In this document: positions 1 through 8,557 of the stretch, one piece after another
Layout: the number at the start of each line of letters is the position of its first letter
Position numbering within the stretch: the stretch's first letter is position 1
Notes under the pieces: model-generated
Seen by the model: the letters and a program-made list of their open reading frames with translations, nothing else
Database searches by the model: none
What the model was told of the DNA's origin: nothing
NCBI GenBank assembly: GCA_016840035.1
Contig: JAEOTC010000083.1
Span: 1-23,496 of the forward strand
Origin: Candidatus Hodarchaeota archaeon
Lineage (GTDB): Archaea; Asgardarchaeota; Heimdallarchaeia; Hodarchaeales; Hodarchaeaceae
Direction: 5' to 3'
Length of the DNA: 23,496 nt
Translations under genes and position numbers: made by a program

Positions 1-85
1 CAATGTATCAGGTTGGTAGATTTTTTATACTTGATTGCCTGTACTTACATGGTAAAACCAATCTACTCAAATTAGGAGCTAGGTT

Positions 86-799
86 ATGACACCCATCCTT
101 CGTCGAATTAAAAAAAAGGTTGAAAAATCTCCGATCACCAATTTACCTTCTCCTCCCACTTTGGAAGAAAAAATCTATTCTCAATCTGTATACTATCCTA
201 TCCTTTCTCCCCCACCCACATCATCTGATGAAATATTAAGTCGTCCTCCCCTGCACGAAGAATCAATACCTAGCGATTTTGAATATTCATCTACTATACC
301 AGTTGAAGATGATCTTACATCGGACATTCTTAAAGAAATTAGAGATGGTGGGTTTGATTCTATATTGAAAAGTGTACCTCCTCAAAAACCCAAAGTCTTG
401 CATGTTGAGGAATTAGCTATCAAACAATTTAAAGCGGCAAAAGATGCATACATTAGTGCTGGAGAGAAGCATTTAGAATTAAGATTTTATGAAAATGCAC
501 GTTGCTTATTTTCTTGTGCAGTTTTATGCGTTTTATTGGGTGAAGATGCTTTTCAGGCAGCTCACCTTATGAAAAACCTCAGTGAGAGACTTCCCTCCAA
601 TGTAGTGAATAGTCATGTATTCCAAGGAGTCAAGTTACTATTAAAAGCCACGCTTCTAAAAAACGAAACGTACATGAAGCAGGCAGAACGTTGGCTGTTT
701 CATGATCGAAATCATATGTACAAAGAAGATAGAGAGCTAGTAGAGAGAGCGGTTCGTGAATCAAAACTAGCCATTGAAATGCATGCGTTTGATGCGTAG
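86..799 (+). CDS. Hypothetical protein: Pro/Ser/acidic disordered N-terminus plus C-terminal TPR/alpha-SNAP-like helical domain
   Basis: 237 aa ORF with SD-like AGGAG upstream. Residues ~15-105 are low complexity (PSPP, SPPPTSS). The C-terminal segment ARCLFSCAVLCVLLGEDAFQAAHLMKNLSERLPSNVVNSHVFQGVKLLLKA resembles the SNAP C-terminal helical bundle. Confidence 0.6.
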   Translation: MTPILRRIKKKVEKSPITNLPSPPTLEEKIYSQSVYYPILSPPPTSSDEILSRPPLHEESIPSDFEYSSTIPVEDDLTSDILKEIRDGGFDSILKSVPPQKPKVLHVEELAIKQFKAAKDAYISAGEKHLELRFYENARCLFSCAVLCVLLGEDAFQAAHLMKNLSERLPSNVVNSHVFQGVKLLLKATLLKNETYMKQAERWLFHDRNHMYKEDRELVERAVRESKLAIEMHAFDA

Positions 800-1387
800 T
801 TACGTCTCTAAAATGGACGCTTCTCTTCCATAAAGTGATTTTATCTGATAAAGCTCCATTGGGGCATGTTTACCTTCCTGAATTGCATCAGCAAGCCAGT
901 AAATACCTTTATGAATACCTTCTCCGGTTACAGCACTTGTTTTAAAAATCGACAATATCCTGCTCATCTTCTTATTTATTCCCATAAAATTGGCCAGATC
1001 TTCTTCAGTGCAATCCACTAAATCCACTTTATTGGCAAAGATAGCCAAAGGGATATTCTTCAAATGATTCATTTTTAGCATTCGCCAGAGATAATTTCGA
1101 CTCTCTGGAAAACGGGCCGGATCACTTAAATCGATCACATAGATTAATCCTTTAGAGTTTTTGGTATACATTTCCCATAAAGCTCTTCTGAACTGTAATT
1201 GACCACCTAGATCCCAAGCTGAAAAAGTTACATCTCCAATTTGAATTGTTTCGGCGTTCATTCCAATAGTTGGTGTAGTATCGGGAATCCACCTACCAGT
1301 TTTCAGTCTCTGAAGCATTGTTGTTTTTCCAGCACGATCTAACCCTAATACACTAATCTTCGCATTTTTTTTCATCAAGTAAAACAA
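800..1387 (-). CDS. Arf/Arl-family small GTPase
   Basis: G1 GLDRAGKT, G2 TTPTIGMN, G3 WDLGGQ followed by FRRALWEMY, G4 ANKVD, G5 TSA. The start is uncertain (TTG 1387, TTG 1378 or ATG 1375, downstream of SD AAGGAG). Confidence 0.93.
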   Translation of the reverse strand: MFYLMKKNAKISVLGLDRAGKTTMLQRLKTGRWIPDTTPTIGMNAETIQIGDVTFSAWDLGGQLQFRRALWEMYTKNSKGLIYVIDLSDPARFPESRNYLWRMLKMNHLKNIPLAIFANKVDLVDCTEEDLANFMGINKKMSRILSIFKTSAVTGEGIHKGIYWLADAIQEGKHAPMELYQIKSLYGREASILET

Positions 1388-1580
1388 TTCTCCTTATATT
1401 TTGCGATTTGGTGTGTCTAATAATATAAATTTCAGATTGACCTCTTATATAACTAACGCTTCATTTTGTTAGAAAAGAATATTCTAGATTGAATAATCAT
1501 TTAGAAGGGTACTTATTGAAGAGATTTTAACAGTTAAAATACGAAATGATTTGTGATACTCATAAACAGGATCTGTAAAG

Positions 1581-2762
1581 ATGACAAAAACCGGAATCAT
1601 TTGGTCTGACCAATTCACAAAGTACAATCTAGGGGAGGGGCATCCCATGAATGCAAGACGACTAGATATTCCTTATCAATTATATAAAAGTCTTGATTTT
1701 CTGAATAATCCATCCTTTGTAGAATATACGCCCGTAGAAGCTTCAGAGGATGATATCCTAAGGTACCATTCAAAAAACTATATCAAAATGGTTAAGTCTC
1801 TTTCTAAGGCTGGAGATGGGTATTATGGACGATATGGGTTAGGAACAGGAGATTGTCCCGTTTTTCCTGAAATGCATGAATCTTCAAGTTTAATAGTTGG
1901 AGGAACACTAGAAGGGATTAAACGTATCATGAATAAGGATGTCCATCAAGCTTTTTCGCTTATGGCTGGGTTACATCATGCCTTTGAAGAACGAGCAGCT
2001 GGATTTTGCTACTATAATGATGCAGTTGTTGCAATTAACTATCTTCAAGAAGAATATGAAATGAAACGAGTTCTTTACATCGATACTGATGTTCACCATG
2101 GAGACGGAGTATTGGATGCGTTTTACTCCAACAAGAATGTTCTAGGAGTTTCTATTCATGAATCACCTCAATTTCTGTTTCCTGGAACAGGATTATCCGA
2201 TGAAATTGGGAATGAGGATGGTTTGGGTTATACTATTAACATTCCTCTATTTCCAGGAACATGGGACGAGCTCTACATTGATCTTTTCGAGAGAACAATT
2301 CCATGTATTTGGAAAGAATATGATCCAGAGTTTATAATTTGGCAGTGTGGGGCTGATGGTCATTTCGGTGATATTCTAGGTCATTTGAACTTGACTACAA
2401 ATCTTTACAATTATCTCGGGAATAGAATTTCGGAATTAAGCAATAATGGTTCTGCAGATGGGCGTCTATTATTGTTAGGAGGTGGAGGATATAATCCCGA
2501 TTCCGTCGCTCGTGTATGGATGGCAACACTAGCTGGTATTAGTGGGATAACTCTCCCAGAATATTCTCCTAAAGAATGGATTGATTATTGTAAGAAAACA
2601 TATGAGGTAGATGTGAGTCCAAAATTAAATGATATTAAACTTGACCCCCTTAAGATTGAACGACATGCCTTAATTAATGAGGCTAATTCTCAGTATTTAC
2701 AAGTGTTAAAGGAAGAACTGGTAGAGGCAGGGAAGTGGAATATTTGTGCGGAAAAAATTTGA
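1581..2762 (+). CDS. acuC: Zn-dependent deacetylase, class I HDAC/AcuC family
   Basis: GHPMNARR, GDCPVF, GLHHA..ERAAGFCYYND, YIDTDVHHGDGV, SIHE..FLFPGTG, QCGADGHFGD.LG, GGGGY motifs. Confidence 0.92.
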   Translation: MTKTGIIWSDQFTKYNLGEGHPMNARRLDIPYQLYKSLDFLNNPSFVEYTPVEASEDDILRYHSKNYIKMVKSLSKAGDGYYGRYGLGTGDCPVFPEMHESSSLIVGGTLEGIKRIMNKDVHQAFSLMAGLHHAFEERAAGFCYYNDAVVAINYLQEEYEMKRVLYIDTDVHHGDGVLDAFYSNKNVLGVSIHESPQFLFPGTGLSDEIGNEDGLGYTINIPLFPGTWDELYIDLFERTIPCIWKEYDPEFIIWQCGADGHFGDILGHLNLTTNLYNYLGNRISELSNNGSADGRLLLLGGGGYNPDSVARVWMATLAGISGITLPEYSPKEWIDYCKKTYEVDVSPKLNDIKLDPLKIERHALINEANSQYLQVLKEELVEAGKWNICAEKI

Positions 2763-2863
2763 ATACTCATGTGCCTAAATATGTAATTGTCAGTAGATAC
2801 TAGAAATTCTTTTTGAATTGCCTATATTGAATTAATTCTTAATAAGTAGAGGAAATAAATTAG

Positions 2864-4087
2864 ATGAATGATAAAAAATCGGTAGATATTATACAAGAGG
2901 CATTATTCTCATCATCTGTATTTAAAGAAGGTGGAGAAAGAACACTTAATCAGTCTTTTATTCCTGAGGTATTGAATTTTCGGGAGGACCATATTCGAAG
3001 GATATCACAGAATTTTCGTGAACTTTTTTCCTCTGAGAGAGGAGGATATTCCGGTTTTTCTATTAACATGGCTATTACTGGATCTGCTGGAATTGGTAAG
3101 ACCGTAACAAGCCGTTATACAGTAGATCGAATTCAATCAGCAGCAGAAAAATATCATCTTAAACTATATACAGATTATAAGAATTGTTGGACAACTCGCA
3201 CAAAGACTTCTATTCTTCGATCAATACTTCGTGATCAATTTGGGGTGGCAAGTCGTGGTTTTAGCGATGAAGAATCAACTGACATTCTCATTAGACGGCT
3301 CAACTCTGAACAAGCATATCTTCTATTAATTCTTGATGAAGTGAGTGTTCTAAATCAGAAAGATATTCGTGGTTTTGTACATTTATCAGAAGAGTTTGGA
3401 ATGGAGCATCGAATTTCATTAATCATGATTAGTCGTCCAACTGAGTGGAAGGTGGCACTTTCCTCCATGGTTTCCCAAAGAATTTCTGATGTGATTCACT
3501 TCCAACCTTACTCCTATGAAGAAACACGAAAGATTCTAGCTTATCGTGCTGAGCTAGCATTCAAATCTTATGCCTTATCAGAGGATATTATTGATATGGT
3601 ATCTGAAATCTCTGATCAAACAAAGAATTTACGTCATGGTATCGAAACTCTTTATCGTGCTGGAAGGGCGGCTGATCAAAAACGAATAGATGAAATTTCA
3701 CCTGAACTTATTCGTAGAGCTAAGAATGATGTATACCCTGAGATGCGGGCTGATATTTTGGAGGAACTTAACCCACACGAATTATTTGCCGCTCTAAGTG
3801 TTGCTAGAAGATTACACCATAAAGGAATAACAGCCACTACAATTGAACATTCCTTCAAAAATTATCGAATCATATGTGAAGAATGGAACTCGACCCCAAA
3901 TGGTGAAGCTGCCTTTAGAAATTACTTATCAACCTTAGAAGCAATAGGTATTTTGGGAAAAGTTACTAAAGGAGTGAAAGGACGAAAAGGTGTTCGAGCT
4001 AGATTAACAATCCATGATGTTCCAGCTGCAATTCTCATTGAACGAATAGAGGTGTTTCTTGCTAAACGATTAAAAAGCGAGAGATGA
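2864..4087 (+). CDS. cdc6: Orc1/Cdc6 replication initiator (AAA+ plus winged helix)
   Basis: FIPEVLNFRE N-terminal motif, Walker A GSAGIGKT, Walker B LILDEV, IHFQPYS..E..KIL..RAELAF, C-terminal wHTH (FRNYLSTLEAIGIL...GRKG). Confidence 0.93.
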   Translation: MNDKKSVDIIQEALFSSSVFKEGGERTLNQSFIPEVLNFREDHIRRISQNFRELFSSERGGYSGFSINMAITGSAGIGKTVTSRYTVDRIQSAAEKYHLKLYTDYKNCWTTRTKTSILRSILRDQFGVASRGFSDEESTDILIRRLNSEQAYLLLILDEVSVLNQKDIRGFVHLSEEFGMEHRISLIMISRPTEWKVALSSMVSQRISDVIHFQPYSYEETRKILAYRAELAFKSYALSEDIIDMVSEISDQTKNLRHGIETLYRAGRAADQKRIDEISPELIRRAKNDVYPEMRADILEELNPHELFAALSVARRLHHKGITATTIEHSFKNYRIICEEWNSTPNGEAAFRNYLSTLEAIGILGKVTKGVKGRKGVRARLTIHDVPAAILIERIEVFLAKRLKSER

Positions 4088-4286
4088 GTCAGCATTAGTT
4101 ATTGACCGATCTAGAGTTTTATTAGTACCCTGAATTTCAAAATAACAAATAAATTTTCCTCTGTAGCATGATATTCTTACAGATTTTCACTCGAATCGAA
4201 TCTCGAATGATCTAAGCACCAAGAATTCAATATATAATTTTAGTATGTGATTAAATCCAGATTAGAGAAGTAATTTCTTTGTAATA

Positions 4287-4310
4287 CGGGAAGGAAGGTC
4301 TTTTAACTAA
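4287..4310 (+). promoter_or_regulatory. Putative archaeal BRE/TATA promoter for gins23-mcm-hel308
   Basis: Purine-rich GGGAAGGAAGG followed by TTTTAACT at 4301-4308, within the cdc6-gins gap. Confidence 0.3.
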
Positions 4311-4485
4311 ACGCTCAGATAATTCGTTTGTGAAAGGGTTTGTAATAAAAGGTGGAATTCCAATAGAAATGAATCATCTTTCTGAACTATGAAGGACGAG
4401 CACTTCTCACAAAGGAAATTTCCATCGATTCAAATCTTCAACTCCCAGATTGTTTAGGGAATTTGCCCGTGTAAAATGAATTTAG

Positions 4486-5082
4486 GTGGCGACCATCATT
4501 ACAAGTAAATCGAAAAATTATTCCTCAGAGCTTGTTGAACTGGAGCTAGAGTTGAAGAGAATCCTATTTGAGTTTTCTGATACACCTATTTCTGTAAAAT
4601 TCAACAAATCTTTTGCTGGTTTTGAATTTGGAGGAATTAAACTACCACCAGTCACTGAAAACAGTAGGATGGATATTCCCTATTTTATTGCAGAAATTTT
4701 ATTGAAAGAAAACTTGATTGAGGGTTTTAAAAACGATTTTCCATTGTCCTTACAAGAATTAACCGCCTCTGTCCGAAGAGAAGTCCGCCACGGTGAAGTA
4801 CAACCACTCCACCCATTTTTTTACTCTCTATTCAACGAACAGATCCTTAAATCGGATGAAAACGATTCTGATTTTGATGAAATTGAATTAAAACGTCAAA
4901 AAGATCGAATGAAACAATTAATAACTGAACGATTATCAAAAATCATCAAATTATCCAACAGTAACGAATTTAATCCTAAAAAATTAAATTTAACTGCATC
5001 TGAAGAAATTCTAATGAAAAAAATGCACTCATGGGTGTTAAATTGGAAATCGTTAATTAATCAAGATGAGACGAGAGGGTAA
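4486..5082 (+). CDS. gins23: GINS complex subunit Gins23 (Psf2/Psf3-like)
   Basis: N-terminal beta B-domain (IKLPPV....MDIPYFIAEILLKENLI) followed by a helical A-domain (VQPLHPFFY, ERLSKIIK, NLTASEE). It lies immediately upstream of mcm, the conserved archaeal gene order. Confidence 0.85.
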   Translation: MATIITSKSKNYSSELVELELELKRILFEFSDTPISVKFNKSFAGFEFGGIKLPPVTENSRMDIPYFIAEILLKENLIEGFKNDFPLSLQELTASVRREVRHGEVQPLHPFFYSLFNEQILKSDENDSDFDEIELKRQKDRMKQLITERLSKIIKLSNSNEFNPKKLNLTASEEILMKKMHSWVLNWKSLINQDETRG

Positions 5083-5084
5083 TA

Positions 5085-8000
5085 ATGGGTTTAGCTTTCG
5101 ATATAAGAGGACGATTCGAATCCTTCATCAATGAATTTGCAGATGAAACAGGAACCCTACGTTATCGTGAAAAAATACGTAGTTTGCCTCGTCAAGAATT
5201 AAGAAGCTTGTCAATATCTTATAATGATTTGTTACATCACGATCCTCGATTAGCAAGAGAAATCGTAATTAATCCAGAAGAGTGTTTGAGTGAAGGGGAA
5301 AAAGTATTACATGATATCTTAATGCAGGTTGATCCTGACTATTATGATAAGTATCAACTATTCCATATTCGAATCGATAATTATACTGAAAAAGTTCTAT
5401 TACGAACATTGAAAACTGAGCATCTAGGATTACTTACAAGCTTTGAAGGAATTGTGATTGGTGTAACCGAAACAAAACCCCTTTTAATAGAAGGACATTT
5501 TAAATGTGCATCCTGCGGTCATCATCAAGTAGAAAATTTTCCTGAAGGTATATATAGCCCTCCGTACCAATGTGGAGATGAGCATTGTCAGAGAAAGGGA
5601 TCTCTCACTCTCTTAATTGAGGATAGTCAATTTATAGATTGGCAAAAGATAACTATTCAAGAAAAACCTGAAGAGCTTCCTCCTGGACAATTACCACAAA
5701 GTATTATGATTCATGTGCTAGATGATTTAGTAGATCAAGCTCGCCCAGGAGACCGTGTAAAAATTGTGGGTATTTTAAAGGCACGCGCAACACGGATGCT
5801 TAAAAGAGGGCAACTAGCGACGTATAATAAATTTTTCCAAGGAGTGAATATCGCAAAAGAGACCGCAGAGTATATTGATATTGAGATTACAGAGGAGGAT
5901 TTAGAACAGATTGAAGAGTTGTCAAAATCCCCGTATATCATTAAAAAGATACGAGACTCCCTTGCTCCTTCCATATATGGCCATGATTTAGTAAAAGAAG
6001 CCATTGCAACCCTATTATTTGGTGGAAGTGAAAAAAAAACACCAGATGGTTTGAAAATACGTGGTGAATCCAATATCTTACTGATCGGGGATCCAGGTGT
6101 TGGAAAATGTGTTGTTCCTGAAACAGAGGTGGTTCTTGCTTCAGGAGAAAGATGTGCCATAGGAAAACTTGTTGAAAGGGAAATATCGGGTGAATTTATA
6201 ACTGATGATGGTTATTATCAACCTTCGGATTTAAATTTAAAATCCTTAAATGAAGACGGACATATTGTCGATACTAATAGTAATTTATTCTGGAAAAGGA
6301 AATCACCCAAGTTTTTATATTTAATAAAAACTCAAAGCGGGAGAAGGATTAGGGTTACTCCCACACATCCATTTTTCGTTTGTAAAGACGGAAATATTCA
6401 GGGAATCACTGCTAAAAAATTAACAACTGAAACATTTCTGGCTGTACCACGAAAAGTTCACATCAAAGGGTATAACCATCTAAAAGTTCATTATGAGAAG
6501 AGTCGGGCAAATAACGCGGTTCGATTAAATCCTCCACAAACACTCACTTCTTGGTTTGCTGACTTTTTAGGTTTATATCTTGCGGAGGGTTTCGCTCAAG
6601 ATAGTGGAAAATCGAAAACTATTTGGTTTACCAACTCTGATCAAAGTTTATTATCAAGATTCGAATCTCATTTAAGTAATCTAGGAGTTAATTATACCCG
6701 AAGAAAATCTAGTAAGAAGACTGCATGGGATATTTATTCAGCGTCTTGTGAATTATATAATTTTCTTGAGGCTCTCGAACCAGGATTGGTGAAAAAGTCT
6801 AGGTTGAAAAGGGTTCCAAATCCAATTCTAAGAGCTCCGACTAATATTGTGGCGATTTTTATAAGAGCTTTCTTTGATGGGGAAGCCCATATTTCCCATA
6901 ATAGACCTAAAATCGAAGTAGCTTCAGCCTCGTATAATTTGCTTAAGGATATTCAATATTTACTACTGCGATTTGAAATTATCTCCCATATCAAAGAGAA
7001 AATTGTTAATGGGGAAATATACTATCGAATGAATATTTCCGGAATACCTGAAATAATACGATTCTATGAAAATATTGGATTTTCGATAGATTATAAGGCG
7101 GAGAGGTTAAGAAATGCCTCTACAACGCCGAAGAAAGCCAATACAAATACAGATATTGTACCAAATGTGGGAGAATTAATAAAAAAGATTCGCTTAGATG
7201 CAGGACTGTATCAGCGGGAGTTCTCACTCTCACGCTCCGCAATTTTACATTATGAACAAAAAGATTGTCATCCTTCACGAAATCATCTTCAGACTATCGT
7301 TAATGATCTTAGAAACAGGGGGATTAAAAGTAAGGAATTAGATCGTCTGGAAAAATTAAGCCATTCTGATGTGTACTGGGATCGTGTCGTGGAAATAATT
7401 CGAATTCCTTCAGATACACAATGGGTTTATGATTTACAAGTCCCCAAGATCCACAATTTCATTGCTGACGGATTTATTGTTCATAATAGCCAATTACTAA
7501 AATTTGTATCAAAACTTGCTCCTAGAGCATTATATACAACAGGTAAGGGGAGTACAGCTGCTGGTTTGACTGCTGCTGTCATTCGTGACCAAGACACCGG
7601 TGAAATTACTCTAGAAGCAGGAGCTCTCGTTTTAGCCGATCAAGGTATAGCTATGGTTGATGAATTCGATAAAATGCGTCCTGATGATCGTACGGCTATC
7701 CATGAAGCGATGGAACAACACACGATAAGTATAGCTAAGGCTGGTATTGTTGCTACTTTAAATGCTCGAACATCAATATTAGCAGCAGCAAACCCTAGAA
7801 GAGGTAGATGGAATCCATACAAAGCCACTGCAGAAAACCTCAATCTTCCTCCAACGATTTTATCACGTTTTGATTTAATTTTCGTTCTTGAAGATAAACC
7901 TGACCTGAAAGAGGACCATGATAAAGCCTCCCATATACTACGAATTCATAAATTACAAACGCTACCTGTTGATCCACCGATCGAGCAAACATTGTTACGA

Positions 8001-8534
8001 AAATATATTGCCCATGCTCGTAGAACGATGCAACCGAGACTCACAGATGAAGCTGAAGCTCGGTTACTCGAATACTATACTGATCTTCGAAGTTCAAGTG
8101 GGAAGATCGAGGAAGGACGGCCTGATCCCATTGCGATTACTCCGCGTCAACTTGAAGCATTAGTAAGACTATCTGAAGCTCGGGCTAAAATGAGATTAAG
8201 TGAGGAAGTTACTTATGAAGATGCTTCTGGTGCAGTGAATCTCATGAATGCTACCTTAGAAAAGTTAGCTAAGGATGCAGAAACCGGCAAACTTGATATC
8301 GATAAATATTCCTCTGGAATAAGCGATCAAAGTCGGAGAAGATTGGATCGGATTGATGCATTAATTGATCATATGCTGAAAGAGTCTGATAATGCCCCTA
8401 TTCCCATTGATTCAATTATCGAGCAAGCAGTTGAAGATGGTTTAGATAAAAACCAAGTCGAACAAGCTCTGGCAAATATGATTCGGATAGGTAAACTATT
8501 TGAACCTCAATCGGGACGAGTACAAAAAATTTAA
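5085..8534 (+). CDS. mcm: MCM replicative helicase precursor with one intein (about 689 aa after splicing)
   Basis: Zn finger CASC-x18-CGDEHC, IQEKPEELPPGQLP, Walker A GDPGVGK|SQLLK interrupted by an intein, GSTAAGLTAAV, Walker B MVDEFDKM, Arg finger ILSRFDLIF, sensor 2 ITPRQLEALVRL, C-terminal wHTH. Confidence 0.97.
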   Translation: MGLAFDIRGRFESFINEFADETGTLRYREKIRSLPRQELRSLSISYNDLLHHDPRLAREIVINPEECLSEGEKVLHDILMQVDPDYYDKYQLFHIRIDNYTEKVLLRTLKTEHLGLLTSFEGIVIGVTETKPLLIEGHFKCASCGHHQVENFPEGIYSPPYQCGDEHCQRKGSLTLLIEDSQFIDWQKITIQEKPEELPPGQLPQSIMIHVLDDLVDQARPGDRVKIVGILKARATRMLKRGQLATYNKFFQGVNIAKETAEYIDIEITEEDLEQIEELSKSPYIIKKIRDSLAPSIYGHDLVKEAIATLLFGGSEKKTPDGLKIRGESNILLIGDPGVGKCVVPETEVVLASGERCAIGKLVEREISGEFITDDGYYQPSDLNLKSLNEDGHIVDTNSNLFWKRKSPKFLYLIKTQSGRRIRVTPTHPFFVCKDGNIQGITAKKLTTETFLAVPRKVHIKGYNHLKVHYEKSRANNAVRLNPPQTLTSWFADFLGLYLAEGFAQDSGKSKTIWFTNSDQSLLSRFESHLSNLGVNYTRRKSSKKTAWDIYSASCELYNFLEALEPGLVKKSRLKRVPNPILRAPTNIVAIFIRAFFDGEAHISHNRPKIEVASASYNLLKDIQYLLLRFEIISHIKEKIVNGEIYYRMNISGIPEIIRFYENIGFSIDYKAERLRNASTTPKKANTNTDIVPNVGELIKKIRLDAGLYQREFSLSRSAILHYEQKDCHPSRNHLQTIVNDLRNRGIKSKELDRLEKLSHSDVYWDRVVEIIRIPSDTQWVYDLQVPKIHNFIADGFIVHNSQLLKFVSKLAPRALYTTGKGSTAAGLTAAVIRDQDTGEITLEAGALVLADQGIAMVDEFDKMRPDDRTAIHEAMEQHTISIAKAGIVATLNARTSILAAANPRRGRWNPYKATAENLNLPPTILSRFDLIFVLEDKPDLKEDHDKASHILRIHKLQTLPVDPPIEQTLLRKYIAHARRTMQPRLTDEAEARLLEYYTDLRSSSGKIEEGRPDPIAITPRQLEALVRLSEARAKMRLSEEVTYEDASGAVNLMNATLEKLAKDAETGKLDIDKYSSGISDQSRRRLDRIDALIDHMLKESDNAPIPIDSIIEQAVEDGLDKNQVEQALANMIRIGKLFEPQSGRVQKI
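6108..7487 (+). mobile_element. Intein with LAGLIDADG homing endonuclease in mcm, inserted directly after the Walker A lysine
   Basis: Begins CVVPETEVVLASG (residue 342), block B IRVTPTHPFF, endonuclease motifs FLGLYLAEG and FIRAFFDGEA, block F VYDLQVP..HNFIADG, ends IVHN (residue 801), +1 residue Ser. Length 460 aa. Confidence 0.95.
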
Positions 8535-8557
8535 TCATTTGGTTATTTGGGGTCCCA

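Noticed and set aside
3676-3858. 60 aa minus-strand ORF
   Set aside because: Antisense shadow inside cdc6 with no recognisable motif.
4330-4474. Short ORFs of 20-30 codons in the cdc6-gins gap as a pseudogene remnant
   Set aside because: No recognisable homology in any frame and too short to support.
5735-8163. ORFs 5735-6160(-), 7640-7843(-) and 7918-8163(+)
   Set aside because: Antisense or alternate-frame shadows within the conserved mcm gene.
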